DNA of 64,000 nucleotides from Klebsiella pneumoniae (lineage in GTDB: Bacteria > Pseudomonadota > Gammaproteobacteria > Ga0077536). The translations under genes and the position numbers were made by a program. A model generated the notes under the pieces. The model was not told the origin of the DNA and searched no databases. It saw only the letters and a program-made list of their open reading frames with translations. The stretch is from NCBI GenBank assembly GCA_945862315.1, contig CAMAXW010000005.1, positions 17,890 through 81,889 on the forward strand. Reading direction: 5' to 3'. This document shows positions 22,621 to 32,929 of this stretch, in pieces (the first letter of the stretch is position 1; each line of letters starts with the position of its first letter).

Positions 22621-22645
22621 AAAAACCCCGTCAGGGACGGGGTTT
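22621..22645 (-). terminator. Rho-independent terminator on the minus strand
   Basis: On the minus strand it reads CCCCGTC-CCT-GACGGGG followed by TTTTT. It lies in the rpmA/obgE intergenic region. Confidence 0.6.
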
Positions 22646-22670
22646 GGGACGGTCAGGCTAACGGCTTAGG

Positions 22671-22928
22671 TTAGTTAGCCACTACCGTCACGTACCGGTG
22701 CTTATCGGGCCCCTTGCGCTGAAAAAGCACCGCCCCATCGGCGGTTGCAAACAGCGTGTGGTCTCGGCCACAGCCCACATTAGGGCCGGCTCTGAACGCG
22801 GTTCCCCGCTGACGCACAATGATATTGCCCGAAATGACGGCTTCGCCGCCGAATTTCTTGACGCCTAGGCGTTTTGCCTGAGAGTCGCGGCCATTGCGAG
22901 TACTACCGCCTGCTTTCTTATGTGCCAT
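22671..22928 (-). CDS. rpmA: 50S ribosomal protein L27
   Basis: The N-terminus reads [24 protein letters not shown]... Confidence 0.95.
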   Translation of the reverse strand: MAHKKAGGSTRNGRDSQAKRLGVKKFGGEAVISGNIIVRQRGTAFRAGPNVGCGRDHTLFATADGAVLFQRKGPDKHRYVTVVAN

Positions 22929-22934
22929 GGCGTT

Positions 22935-23249
22935 TTAAACTCCTAAAATCTCGTTAATCTGGACTTTCGTGTAGTTCTGGCGATGTCCCATCTGTTTACG
23001 ATAGTGCTTGCGCCGTCGGAACTTGATGATCCGAATCTTCGGCCCACGGCCGTTTTCAATCACCGTCGCACGGACCACCGCACCGAGCACTAAGGGCTTG
23101 CCCACCGTGACGACAGTGCCGGAGGCTAGGAGCAGGACTTCCTTGAACTCGATGATTTCGCCCGGCTCGACGGGGAGTGACTCAACCGATAATTTGTCGC
23201 CGACGGCTACGCTGTACTGCTTACCGCCGGTCTTGATTACTGCTTGCAT
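22935..23249 (-). CDS. rplU: 50S ribosomal protein L21
   Basis: The N-terminus reads [20 protein letters not shown]... Confidence 0.95.
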   Translation of the reverse strand: MQAVIKTGGKQYSVAVGDKLSVESLPVEPGEIIEFKEVLLLASGTVVTVGKPLVLGAVVRATVIENGRGPKIRIIKFRRRKHYRKQMGHRQNYTKVQINEILGV

Positions 23250-23440
23250 GGATTTTATTTAACCGGTATCCAAAAGGAATTCGAGGGCCTAAGGCCCGCT
23301 GAGCCCTGCATGGTACGTAAATGTCCCCCCTGACTCAACCCTGAATTGCAGTGCTGCGCCTCGGCCCACCGCTTGCTCTGGCAATAGCGCAGGCCTATTG
23401 GCACAATCCCTCCGATGATTACGCACGGTGTGTCCCTTTG

Positions 23441-24439
23441 ATGTCCCCCCTCGCCAGTCCTCCCAGCCATCCCGCGCTCGCCGACGTGAATCTTTTGCTG
23501 ACGGCGCAACTCGCCGCGGTCGACACCCTAATGCGCGAGTGTTTGCACTGTGACGTGCCGTTGATCAATCAAGTCAGCCACTATGTGATTGGCAGCGGCG
23601 GCAAACGGTTGCGCCCCGTGTTAACGCTCGTTAGCGCGTGCGCCATGGGCTACCCGGGTACGCGGCACATCGACTTAGCCGTGATCGTCGAGCTGATTCA
23701 CACTGCAACCCTATTACACGACGATGTCGTGGATTCCTCCAGGCTACGACGCGGCCGCGAAACCGCAAATATCGTTTGGGGCAACGAGGCCAGCGTGTTG
23801 GTCGGCGATTTCTTGTACTCGCGGGCGTTTCAAATGATGGTGGAAATTGGCGAACTAAAAGTTCTCAAAATCCTCGCGGACGCCACCAACACCATCGCCG
23901 AGGGCGAGGTGATGCAGCTGGTGAATTGCCGGGACCCTGAAACCACCGAGTCTCGGTATCTGGACACCATTCGCTTCAAAACCGCCAAACTCTTTGAAGC
24001 CGCGGCGCAGCTCGGCGCAGTGATCGCCGGCAGTGATGCGGAGCACGAAAATGCGCTGGCCTGCTATGGACGGCATCTCGGTACCGCGTTTCAGTTGGTC
24101 GACGACGCATTGGACTACAGCGCAACCGCCACAGAGATCGGAAAAAATATCGGGGACGACTTGGCAGAAGGTAAGCCGACGCTGCCACTGCTCTACGCCA
24201 TGTGGAAAGGCTCGCCAGAACAAGCGCGCATTATTCGCCGGGCGATCGAAGAAGGCGGGCTAGAGCGGATCAATGAAATCTCTTCTGCAATTGAATCAAC
24301 CGGAGCCATCACTTACACTTTCTCGCTCGCTGCAGCGGAAGCCCGGGAAGCCCGGGAAGCTTTAGCGGGAGTTCCGGGGTCGCCGTTTCTGGATGCGCTA
24401 GTAGCGCTCACAAAATTCACGGTAGAACGGAAGTCATAG
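23441..24439 (+). CDS. ispB: Octaprenyl (polyprenyl) diphosphate synthase
   Basis: Carries the polyprenyl synthetase motif LLHDDVVDSSRLRRG and the second DD motif. I chose the start at MSPLASPP. The track starts at 23351. Confidence 0.85.
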   Translation: MSPLASPPSHPALADVNLLLTAQLAAVDTLMRECLHCDVPLINQVSHYVIGSGGKRLRPVLTLVSACAMGYPGTRHIDLAVIVELIHTATLLHDDVVDSSRLRRGRETANIVWGNEASVLVGDFLYSRAFQMMVEIGELKVLKILADATNTIAEGEVMQLVNCRDPETTESRYLDTIRFKTAKLFEAAAQLGAVIAGSDAEHENALACYGRHLGTAFQLVDDALDYSATATEIGKNIGDDLAEGKPTLPLLYAMWKGSPEQARIIRRAIEEGGLERINEISSAIESTGAITYTFSLAAAEAREAREALAGVPGSPFLDALVALTKFTVERKS

Positions 24440-24447
24440 CAGTCAGT

Positions 24448-24524
24448 CGGGGTGTAGCTCAGTCTGGTAGAGCACTGCCTTCGGGAGGCAGGGGTCGCAG
24501 GTTCGAATCCTGTCACCCCGACCA
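24448..24524 (+). tRNA. tRNA-Pro (anticodon CGG)
   Basis: Sequence CGGGGTGTAGCTCAGTCTGGTAGAGCACTGCCTTCGGGAGGCAGGGGTCGCAGGTTCGAATCCTGTCACCCCGACCA. The anticodon loop is TTCGGGA. Confidence 0.85.
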
Positions 24525-24566
24525 TATTTTTCACAGGCGCCACGCCGGTGGCGCCACTCTGGCACG

Positions 24567-25685
24567 ATGAATTCGTGGGTAGGTCAAGCGACATCTAGCA
24601 TGATGGGTGGTCTTCCTACGACAGCAGACGAAAATTTTCAGAGCGCCATTCTGCAGGGCGTGTCCAGAACCTTTGCATTAACCATCCCGGCCCTACCCAG
24701 TGAGCTATCACGCGCGGTCGGCAACGCCTATCTACTGTGCCGCATCGCCGACACGATCGAAGACGACGCCGACCTATCCCTGCTTGCCAAGCAACGCTAC
24801 GCCAACCAGTTTAATGCCATCCTCGCCACGCACGCGCCCGCGACGGAATTTGCCGCCGAACTGAGCGGGCAACTTGCCGCGCACGCTACCGCTGCCGAGC
24901 GAGAACTCATCGCCAACACCGAGCGTGTGGTCCGGATAACGCATTCGCTTGCCGCCCCACAGCAAGCTGCACTCGCGCGTTGCGTGCGGGTGATGTCGGA
25001 AGGCATGCTTTTTTATCAGGGACAGGAAACGCTCGATGGACTGAGCGATCAGCCGGCGATGGATCGCTACTGTTACTACGTTGCTGGCGTGGTCGGCGAA
25101 ATGCTGACCGAACTTTTTTGTCACCACTGTCCCGCCCTTGCCCCCCAGCGGGCGACGCTATTAAAACTCGGTGTGTCCTTCGGCCAAGGCCTCCAAATGA
25201 CCAATATTCTGAAGGACATTTGGGAGGATCGCGCCCGCGGCGCGTGCTGGTTGCCCCGCCCGGCTTTTGAAAATCGCGGGCTACGCCTCAGTACCATGGG
25301 TCCCGGTGAGGGTGGCGAGGCCTTTGTCGCCGGGCTGCGAGAGCTGCTGGGCATCGCCCATGCACATTTGCGAAATGCGCTGGAGTTCACCTTAATGCTC
25401 CCAGCCAACCAAGTTGGCATGCGGAAATTCTGCCTGTGGGCGCTTGGAATGGCCTTATTGACCCTCCAGAAAATTAACGATCAGCCACATTTTGAATCAG
25501 GCCAAGTGGTTAAGATTTCCCGCCGCAGTGTCAAAGCCACGCTCGCACTGACCACCCTAACGGCGCGCAGCGCGACCGCCTTGCGCCTATTGTTTGCACT
25601 TGGCGCGAAGGGCTTACCGCTGACGGATCTGGCGCCTCCCGGTCCGCTTCTTCTCGATGCAACAGCACCTCGGCCGCCCGATTAG
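24567..25685 (+). CDS. Squalene synthase / squalene-phytoene synthase family enzyme (Sqs, HpnC/HpnD-like)
   Basis: Carries the DTIEDD, YCYYVAGVVGEM and QMTNILKDIWED motifs. Confidence 0.8.
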   Translation: MNSWVGQATSSMMGGLPTTADENFQSAILQGVSRTFALTIPALPSELSRAVGNAYLLCRIADTIEDDADLSLLAKQRYANQFNAILATHAPATEFAAELSGQLAAHATAAERELIANTERVVRITHSLAAPQQAALARCVRVMSEGMLFYQGQETLDGLSDQPAMDRYCYYVAGVVGEMLTELFCHHCPALAPQRATLLKLGVSFGQGLQMTNILKDIWEDRARGACWLPRPAFENRGLRLSTMGPGEGGEAFVAGLRELLGIAHAHLRNALEFTLMLPANQVGMRKFCLWALGMALLTLQKINDQPHFESGQVVKISRRSVKATLALTTLTARSATALRLLFALGAKGLPLTDLAPPGPLLLDATAPRPPD

Positions 25686-25720
25686 GCACTCGCCCTGACT
25701 CCAGTGCAGCACCGCCCCCA

Positions 25721-26413
25721 ATGAACCACGCCCCTCCTATCGGCGTCGTCGCTGCGCTGTCTGCCGAAGCGCGCAGCTGCGCCACATGGCGCGAACTCGG
25801 AAATCTCGAGCTGATTATTGCGGGCCCTGGCCCGCTGCGCGCCGCCGCCGCTGCGCGACGATTGGTGGCTGCCGGCGTCCGGGAGCTCGTGAGCTGGGGA
25901 ACTTCTGGCGCGCTCAGCGAGCACTTAAAACCCGGTCAATTGCTGCTGCTTAAAGAGACCTGCGATACCAACGGTCAGCGCTATCCAGCGGACGCCCAGC
26001 TGCTGCAGCTGTTTAGCCACCGTCTGGCAACCCTCAGCCCACTGCCCGTCGTGGCCCTGACGCTCGCAACACCCGTCTTGCATCAACACGAAAAGCGCGC
26101 GCTCGCACAACGCCACCACTGCGCTGCCGTGGACATGGAATCGGCGGCCGTGGCCCAAGTGGCGTGTGCGGCGCAGCTCCCATTTCTGGCGGTGAGGAGC
26201 ATCGTTGACCCGCTAGATTTCGATATTCCAACAGCGGCGATGGCCGGCATGAGTGAGGATGGCGAGCCACAACCTATCGGGGTGATGAAGGCGCTGCTGG
26301 CGCGGCCGCGCGACTTGTTCGCGGTCATTCGACTGGGGCTCCACTACCGCACAGCGCTCGCCACGCTGGCGCGGGCGGCCGGGCTGTTAGGCCGCAGCGA
26401 GATTGCTCGCTAG
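25721..26413 (+). CDS. hpnG: Hopanoid-associated phosphorylase HpnG (nucleoside phosphorylase family)
   Basis: 230 aa. Carries the PNP/MTAN-family motif ...AVDMESAAVAQV... in a hopanoid context. Confidence 0.65.
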   Translation: MNHAPPIGVVAALSAEARSCATWRELGNLELIIAGPGPLRAAAAARRLVAAGVRELVSWGTSGALSEHLKPGQLLLLKETCDTNGQRYPADAQLLQLFSHRLATLSPLPVVALTLATPVLHQHEKRALAQRHHCAAVDMESAAVAQVACAAQLPFLAVRSIVDPLDFDIPTAAMAGMSEDGEPQPIGVMKALLARPRDLFAVIRLGLHYRTALATLARAAGLLGRSEIAR

Positions 26414-26531
26414 TGCGCGCGCCCAACTATCTCAGTACTTCGTGCACGCAGACCACCCAACGAGGTGCTGACGGCACGCCTCGCCAAGCTATCCGGCGCG
26501 CGCTCCCAACAGCACCCTGTGGGCTAGCGTC

Positions 26532-27533
26532 GTGACCATCCTCGTCACGGGTGCCTCGGGCTTCGTGGGGAGCGCCGTGGTGCGCGCGCTCTTGGCGCGG
26601 GACTCGCCGGTGCGGGTGCTCGTGCGTCCCCAAAGCGATCTCAGCAATGTGCGCGACCTCGCAGTGGAAATTGTCGAAGGGGATCTCCGCGACCCGGCCT
26701 CTCTGCGGCGCGCCTGTGAAGGTTGCAGCGGCCTTTACCACTTGGCCGCCGACTATCGCCTATGGACGCGCACGCCTAACGACTTATATGCCAGCAACGT
26801 AGAGGGTACCGGGCACTTGATGGAGGCGGCGCTGGCCGCGAAAATCCCACGCATCGTCTATACCAGCAGCGTCGCGACACTCGGCCTGCATCAGGATGGC
26901 CGCCCTGCCGATGAAAGCACGCCGGTCAGCCTCAGCGACATGATCGGTCATTACAAGCGCTCGAAATTTCTGGCCGAACAACTGATCGACCAGCTGGTAG
27001 TGGAGCGCGGTTTGCCTGCGGTTATCGTGAATCCATCAACCCCGATCGGACCCTACGACATCAAACCCACCCCAACGGGTCGGATGGTTCGGGACGCCTA
27101 TTTCGGCAGAATCCCAGCCTTTGTCGACACGGGGCTTAATCTGGTGCACGTCGAGGATGTGGCGCACGGCCATTTGCTGGCGTTCGATGCGGGCACCGTG
27201 GGTCGCCGTTATATTCTGGGCGGAGACGATCTCTCGCTGCGCCAAATCTTGACGGCCATCGCCAAACTCGCCAAGCGTGCGCCGCCGATGATGGAAATCC
27301 CCAGAATGGCAATCCTACCCATTGCCATCGTAGGCGAAGCTTGGGCGTGGCTCACTAACGGCTCTGAACCTCAAATTACGGTGGATGGTCTGCGGATGTC
27401 GCTCAAAAAAATGTACTTCGACTCCAGCCGCGCGCGACGCGAACTGGGCTATGTGAGTCGCCCCGCCGCAGCGGCGATCGCCGCCGCCGTCGAATGGTTT
27501 AGTCGCCCGGAACGCCCACGTGCAGCGCGCTGA
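26532..27533 (+). CDS. hpnA: Hopanoid-associated sugar epimerase HpnA (NAD-dependent epimerase/dehydratase)
   Basis: The N-terminus reads (GTG)TILVTGASGFVGSAVVRALLARD... with a Rossmann fold. Confidence 0.75.
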   Translation: MTILVTGASGFVGSAVVRALLARDSPVRVLVRPQSDLSNVRDLAVEIVEGDLRDPASLRRACEGCSGLYHLAADYRLWTRTPNDLYASNVEGTGHLMEAALAAKIPRIVYTSSVATLGLHQDGRPADESTPVSLSDMIGHYKRSKFLAEQLIDQLVVERGLPAVIVNPSTPIGPYDIKPTPTGRMVRDAYFGRIPAFVDTGLNLVHVEDVAHGHLLAFDAGTVGRRYILGGDDLSLRQILTAIAKLAKRAPPMMEIPRMAILPIAIVGEAWAWLTNGSEPQITVDGLRMSLKKMYFDSSRARRELGYVSRPAAAAIAAAVEWFSRPERPRAAR

Positions 27534-27534
27534 G

Positions 27535-28272
27535 ATGCACGCGGTTATCCTCGCCGCCGGTGTTGGGAGTCGGCTCGACCTGCCCGACAGTCAGCCCAAG
27601 GCTTTGCTGGAAATGGGCGGGCAGTCGCTGATGGCCCGCCAACTGGAAAATCTCTCGCGTTTAAACGTGCGTCGCGTGACGGTCTGCGTGGGCCATCAGG
27701 CCGACTATCTCACCACCGCTATCCAGCGCGCCGGCCATCCGGAGGTGCAGTGTGTCATCAATACGGAATACCGTCTGGGTAGCGTGCGCAGCCTGTGGAC
27801 GGTCCGCGCGGCCCTCACTAGCGGCGCAGATATCCTCGTGCTAGACGCCGACGTGCTGTCTTGCCCTAGCCTGCTCACGCGCTTGGTCAACAGTCCGATA
27901 CAAAACTGCCTGTTGCTCGATCGCGACTACCCACCGGGCGACGAGCCAGTCAAAATTTGCGTGCGCCAAAACGCTATCGTGGAATTTCGCAAGCGCCCAG
28001 ATCCCGCCATCGCGTTCGATTTCGCGGGAGAGTCGGTGGGCTTTTTTAAATTCGCACCCGCCGCCGCCGCCGCCCTAGCGCGCCTGACGGAGCGCTACAT
28101 CGATACGGGACGCAGCAACGAACCGCACGAAGAAGCCATCCGGGATCTGCTGCTCACCGAAAATCATTCCCCAGGATTTGAGGACATTACTGGCATACCC
28201 TGGATAGAAATTGATTTCCCCGCGGACCTACGCCGCGCGCGTGCGGAAATCTTACCGAGGATAACGCCATGA
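27535..28272 (+). CDS. Nucleotidyltransferase (LicC/MobA-like NTP-transferase family)
   Basis: The N-terminus reads MHAVILAAGVGSRLDLPDSQPKALLEMGG... Its ATG follows the hpnA stop by 1 nt. The track calls a GTG at 27520. Confidence 0.7.
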   Translation: MHAVILAAGVGSRLDLPDSQPKALLEMGGQSLMARQLENLSRLNVRRVTVCVGHQADYLTTAIQRAGHPEVQCVINTEYRLGSVRSLWTVRAALTSGADILVLDADVLSCPSLLTRLVNSPIQNCLLLDRDYPPGDEPVKICVRQNAIVEFRKRPDPAIAFDFAGESVGFFKFAPAAAAALARLTERYIDTGRSNEPHEEAIRDLLLTENHSPGFEDITGIPWIEIDFPADLRRARAEILPRITP

Positions 28273-28425
28273 CTGATCCTGCGATCAGCCCCTCAGCGGT
28301 CGGTCGACGCCCACTGCCGCGCGGCTGGTATCACCCCAGATCGCACAGTGCCTTAACGAAAAACGCACCGCAGGCGTGGGACACGCATCCCGCAACCAAC
28401 GGCCGGATAGAGCTTGGCGCGCCAC

Positions 28426-29610
28426 ATGATTGAAGCAGTTGAATTTGTCGAAGCGGCGCGCCGTGCAGGGTTTACTTGGTACGCCGGCGTACCCTGTTCG
28501 TTCCTCACCCCGTTTATCAACCATGTCATTGACGACCCCACGTTGCAGTATGTCTCGGCTGCCAACGAGGGGGACGCAGTCGCCGCGGCTGCCGGGGCGA
28601 GCATCGGCGGTCGACTCGCGGTGGCGATGATGCAGAATTCTGGCCTCGGTAATGCCGTCAGCCCACTGACGTCGCTCACGCATGTTTTTCACATCCCGCT
28701 GCTGCTCATTTGCACACACCGCGGTGCGCCGGGCGTCGCGGACGAACCGCAGCACGCATTAATGGGCACCATCACCGGCCAGTTGCTCGATACCATGCAA
28801 ATCCCGTGGGAGCAGTTTCCCACCGAGCCACAGGCCATCGAAGCGGTGCTAATGCGAGCCATCGCACACCTGACGACCGAGCAGCGGCCCTATGGCCTAG
28901 TCATGCAGCAGGGTAGCGTTGCGCCGCAAGCTCTCGGGCCGAGGGGCGTGGCGCAAGTTCGAGCTAGCGTGCTAGCCCAAGGTGCCTTGGGTGGTCACGC
29001 CGATCGTCCCTCCCGCACGGCGGCGCTAGAGCGCGTCATCGCCGCCACCCCGCTGCAACACTCGGTGGTGATTGCCACCACCGGCTACACCGGGCGCGAG
29101 CTCTATGCCCTAGCCGACCGGGATAACCATCTGTATTTGGTGGGATCGATGGGTTGTGCCACCTCGCTAGGCCTTGGCCTCGCGATGGCGCGTCCCGACT
29201 TGCACGTCGTGGTGGTGGATGGGGACGGCGCAGCCCTGATGCGCATGGGAAACTTCGCGACCCTGGGTCATTACGGCCCGGCTAATTTGTCGCATGTGCT
29301 ATTGGACAACGAGATGCACGAATCGACTGGTGGCCAGTCAACAGTCAGTCCATGGGTGGATTTTGCGCAGATTGCGGCGGCCTGCGGCTACACGGTTTGT
29401 CAGCGCGCAGCGACCTTAAACGACGTCGACCGCTTTCTAACCCGTCACCGGCAGCGAGGTGCAGGGTTTCTGCATCTCAAGATCAGTCCGGGCATTCCGG
29501 CGAATTTGCCCCGCCCGAGCACGCCCCCACCGACCGTGCTCCGCCGGTTGACGCGCCATTTGGCGGTCGCCTCGGACGGGGTTGGAGCAGGCTCGCCGCC
29601 AGTCCGCTAA
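28426..29610 (+). CDS. TPP-dependent decarboxylase of the phosphonopyruvate / sulfopyruvate decarboxylase family
   Basis: The N-terminus reads MIEAVEFVEAARRAGFTWYAGVPCSFLTP. The TPP-binding block VVVDGDGAALMRMGNFATLGHYGPANLSHVLLDNEMHESTGGQ is present. The track calls a TTG at 28414. Confidence 0.7.
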   Translation: MIEAVEFVEAARRAGFTWYAGVPCSFLTPFINHVIDDPTLQYVSAANEGDAVAAAAGASIGGRLAVAMMQNSGLGNAVSPLTSLTHVFHIPLLLICTHRGAPGVADEPQHALMGTITGQLLDTMQIPWEQFPTEPQAIEAVLMRAIAHLTTEQRPYGLVMQQGSVAPQALGPRGVAQVRASVLAQGALGGHADRPSRTAALERVIAATPLQHSVVIATTGYTGRELYALADRDNHLYLVGSMGCATSLGLGLAMARPDLHVVVVDGDGAALMRMGNFATLGHYGPANLSHVLLDNEMHESTGGQSTVSPWVDFAQIAAACGYTVCQRAATLNDVDRFLTRHRQRGAGFLHLKISPGIPANLPRPSTPPPTVLRRLTRHLAVASDGVGAGSPPVR

Positions 29611-29628
29611 TGCGGGTGGGCGAGGGGG

Positions 29629-31524
29629 TCAGGCGATCGGGCTGCTCGCCACCGATGCGGTTTGGGCGGCCCAGCGCGCGCGCACTTTTGCTTCCACTTG
29701 GTCACTCGTGAGGCCAGCCTCGCGCAGCATGTCTTCGCGCGCGCCGTGTTGTAGGAAGCAGTCTGGCAACCCAATGTGTAGCACTTGCGCGGCGATTCCT
29801 TGCGCCGCCAGCACCTCGCTCACGGCGCTGCCCGCACCGCCCATCACAGCGTTTTCGTCAATCGTCACGAGTAAGTCATGGGAACGGGCGAGCTCTACCA
29901 CGAGGGCTTCGTCCAAGGGTTTGATGAACCGCATGTTCACCACCGTGGCGTTTAATGCCTCGCCCACGCTCAGCGCCAAACCCACCATGCTGCCGAACGC
30001 CAGCAAGGCGATACCGGTGCCCCGACGTCGCACTTCGCCTTTGCCGATGGGCAGCGCGGTCATGGTTTTTTGGACCTCTACGCCCAAGCCTGGACCGCGG
30101 GGATAGCGCACAGCAGCTGGGGCATCGAGCGTGAAGCCGGTGTAGAGCATCTGCCGACATTCGTTTTCATCCGCCGGCGCCATGAGGACCAAGTCGGGTA
30201 AACAGCGCAGGAAGCTTTCGTCGAAACTACCGTTGTGGGTCGGGCCATCCGCCCCCACCACACCCGCCCGATCTATCGCAAAAAGCACCGGGAGTTTCTG
30301 GGTCACCACGTCGTGGATGAGTTGGTCGTAACCGCGCTGAAGAAACGTGGAATAAATGGCCACCACGGGCTTCAAGCCGTCGCAGGCCATACCCGCGGCA
30401 ACCGTGACGGCGTGTTGTTCAGCGATCGCAACATCGAAATATCGCGTCGGATGTTCGCGTTCAAAACGCACCAATCCCGATCCTTCGCGCATCGCCGGCG
30501 TGATGGCGACCAAGCGTGGGTCGTGAGCCGCCATGTCACAGATCCATTCGCCAAAAACGTCGCTGTAAGTCGGCTTGGCCACTTTGGCCGAAGGCACGAT
30601 TCCGAGCGTGGGATCAAACGGCGAAACGCCGTGGTATTTCACCGGATCGGCTTCCGCCGGCTCGTAACCCTTGCCCTTTTTAGTGATGATGTGCAGGAAC
30701 TGTGGGCCGCTCAATTCGCGGATATTACGCAGCGTAGCGAGCAGCGTTGGCAGGTGGTGGCCATCGATTGGACCAATGTAGTTAAAACCGAATTCTTCGA
30801 ACAGCGTACCCGGGACGACTAATCCCTTGACGTGTTCCTCGGCGCGGCGCGCTAACTCCCAAACGCTCGGCAACTGCGAAAGCACTTTTTTACTGCCTTC
30901 GCGCACCGTGGTGTAAAGCTTGCCGGAAATAAGTTGCGCGAAACGATTAGCCAAAGCGCCGACGTTGGGCGAAATCGACATGTTGTTGTCGTTGAGAATG
31001 ACCAGTAAGTCGGCGCCAATATCGCCGGCGTGATTCAACGCCTCGAAGGCCATCCCAGCGGTGAGACCACCATCACCAATGATCGCCACCGCACGCCGGC
31101 CGCTGCCGGTATGACGCGCAGCGATCGCCATGCCCAAGGCAGCGCTGATGGAGGTACTGGAATGGCCAACCCCAAAGGCGTCGTAAGGCGATTCATCGCG
31201 TTTGGGGAACGGCGCTAAACCTTCCCACTGACGAATGGTTGGCAAACGCTCGCGGCGACCCGTGAGAATTTTATGCGGGTAGGCCTGATGACCCACATCC
31301 CACACAAGGCGGTCTTCGGGAGTGTTGTAGAGATAGTGCAGCGCGATGGTGAGTTCGATGGAACCCAGTCCGGCTGCGAAATGGCCACCGCTGCGGCTGA
31401 CCGACTCTAACAGGCAGCCGCGCAGTTCCCGGCCGACCTGCTCTAAAGAGGATTCCGGGAGCTGTCGCAGGTCGTAAGGCGAATTGATCCGTGAGAGTAG
31501 CGGATACTGTATTTGCTCGGTCAT
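29629..31524 (-). CDS. dxs: 1-deoxy-D-xylulose-5-phosphate synthase
   Basis: 631 aa. Carries Dxs N-terminal motifs and the TPP-binding GDG...N block. Confidence 0.95.
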   Translation of the reverse strand: MTEQIQYPLLSRINSPYDLRQLPESSLEQVGRELRGCLLESVSRSGGHFAAGLGSIELTIALHYLYNTPEDRLVWDVGHQAYPHKILTGRRERLPTIRQWEGLAPFPKRDESPYDAFGVGHSSTSISAALGMAIAARHTGSGRRAVAIIGDGGLTAGMAFEALNHAGDIGADLLVILNDNNMSISPNVGALANRFAQLISGKLYTTVREGSKKVLSQLPSVWELARRAEEHVKGLVVPGTLFEEFGFNYIGPIDGHHLPTLLATLRNIRELSGPQFLHIITKKGKGYEPAEADPVKYHGVSPFDPTLGIVPSAKVAKPTYSDVFGEWICDMAAHDPRLVAITPAMREGSGLVRFEREHPTRYFDVAIAEQHAVTVAAGMACDGLKPVVAIYSTFLQRGYDQLIHDVVTQKLPVLFAIDRAGVVGADGPTHNGSFDESFLRCLPDLVLMAPADENECRQMLYTGFTLDAPAAVRYPRGPGLGVEVQKTMTALPIGKGEVRRRGTGIALLAFGSMVGLALSVGEALNATVVNMRFIKPLDEALVVELARSHDLLVTIDENAVMGGAGSAVSEVLAAQGIAAQVLHIGLPDCFLQHGAREDMLREAGLTSDQVEAKVRARWAAQTASVASSPIA

Positions 31525-31755
31525 GTGTGATTCCGCGATAAAGATCCGCTGCTCAGAGCCGGGCGTCAGATTATGGATAGCGCGCGAATTGCTTGCAAGC
31601 CTGAGGCGGCGTGCGCAGGTCAGCCCCCCACGCCATTACGGCCGAGGATTTAAGCTTCCGATGCCCGATGCAATGTCGTAACATGCGGCCAACCCATCGT
31701 TTTCAATCCGTTGAAAAAAGATGGCTTATTCCTCCGACAACAGGGTTTTCTACGC

Positions 31756-32880
31756 ATGAGTGTCCCCTTCATCCAGCAATACCGTATCGCGCGTTACATT
31801 ATTAGCAACAAGCTGCGCGGCATAAAACGTTATCCTCTGGTCCTGATGCTGGAACCGCTGTTCCGTTGCAACCTCGCTTGTTCGGGTTGCGGCAAAATCG
31901 ACTATCCGGACGAAATCCTCGATAAGCGCTTGAGCTACGAGGACTGCATGCGCGCAGTGGACGAGAGTAATGCCCCGGTCGTCTCTATTGCCGGCGGCGA
32001 ACCCCTGATCCACAAAGAAATGGCCCAGATTGTCCAAGGCTATGTGCAACGCAAGAAATTCGTGTATCTCTGCACCAATGCGCTCTTGCTCGACCGCAAG
32101 ATGGACCAATACACGCCCTCGCCCTACCTCACTTTTTCTATCCACCTCGATGGCAATAAAACCCGCCACGACAACTCCGTGTGTCGCGAAGGTGTGTATG
32201 AAAAATGCGAACAGGTCATCCTTAAGGCGCGCGCTCGCGGCTTTCGGGTAACCGTCAACTGCACGCTATTCCAAGGTGAAACTGCGCCGGAACTCGGCCA
32301 GTTCATGGACCGAATGATGGCCTTGGACGTCGAAGCAGTCACCATGTCCCCTGGTTACAGTTATGAGCGCGCGCCGCGGCAGGATGTGTTCCTCAAGCGC
32401 GAGGCGAGCAAGCAACTGTTCCGCGATATTTTCAAACTGGGCAAAGGCCGCAATTGGCGCTTTAACCAATCGCCCTTGTACATGGACTTCTTGGCCGGTA
32501 ACCAGACCTACCATTGCACTCCTTGGGGTGCTGTTACCCGCAATGTTTTCGGTTGGCAGAAGCCGTGCTATCTCCTGGTTGGAGAAGGCTACGCCAGCTC
32601 CTTCAAAGGGCTCATGGAAGAAACGGAATGGGAGCGCTATGGCACCGGCGTGAATCCTAAATGCGCCAATTGCATGATGCACTGCGGCTACGAAATGACG
32701 GCCGTGGAAGACACCTTCTCCCACCCCATCAAAGCGGCACGCGTGGCGTTGTTCGGGCCTAAAACCACCGGCCCCATGGCGCCGGAAGTACCTTTTCGCT
32801 ACCCCGAGGCCGTACCGACTCCAGCACGGCTACTCAGCGTGGTGAAAAACGAAAAAGACACCACGAAACAGGTCGCTTGA
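31756..32880 (+). CDS. hpnH: Hopanoid biosynthesis radical SAM protein HpnH (adenosylhopane synthase)
   Basis: The N-terminus reads MSVPFIQQYRIARYII... and the CxxxCxxC motif CNLACSGC is present. I chose the start at 31756. The track starts at 31711. Confidence 0.85.
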   Translation: MSVPFIQQYRIARYIISNKLRGIKRYPLVLMLEPLFRCNLACSGCGKIDYPDEILDKRLSYEDCMRAVDESNAPVVSIAGGEPLIHKEMAQIVQGYVQRKKFVYLCTNALLLDRKMDQYTPSPYLTFSIHLDGNKTRHDNSVCREGVYEKCEQVILKARARGFRVTVNCTLFQGETAPELGQFMDRMMALDVEAVTMSPGYSYERAPRQDVFLKREASKQLFRDIFKLGKGRNWRFNQSPLYMDFLAGNQTYHCTPWGAVTRNVFGWQKPCYLLVGEGYASSFKGLMEETEWERYGTGVNPKCANCMMHCGYEMTAVEDTFSHPIKAARVALFGPKTTGPMAPEVPFRYPEAVPTPARLLSVVKNEKDTTKQVA

Positions 32881-32929
32881 CCGACCTGCCCAACCTGATG
32901 TCCTGCGGCCCCCGCGGCGCCCCCAGCCC

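Noticed and set aside
24313-24594. Minus-strand 93-aa ORF
   Set aside because: It overlaps tRNA-Pro in antisense, so it is not a gene.
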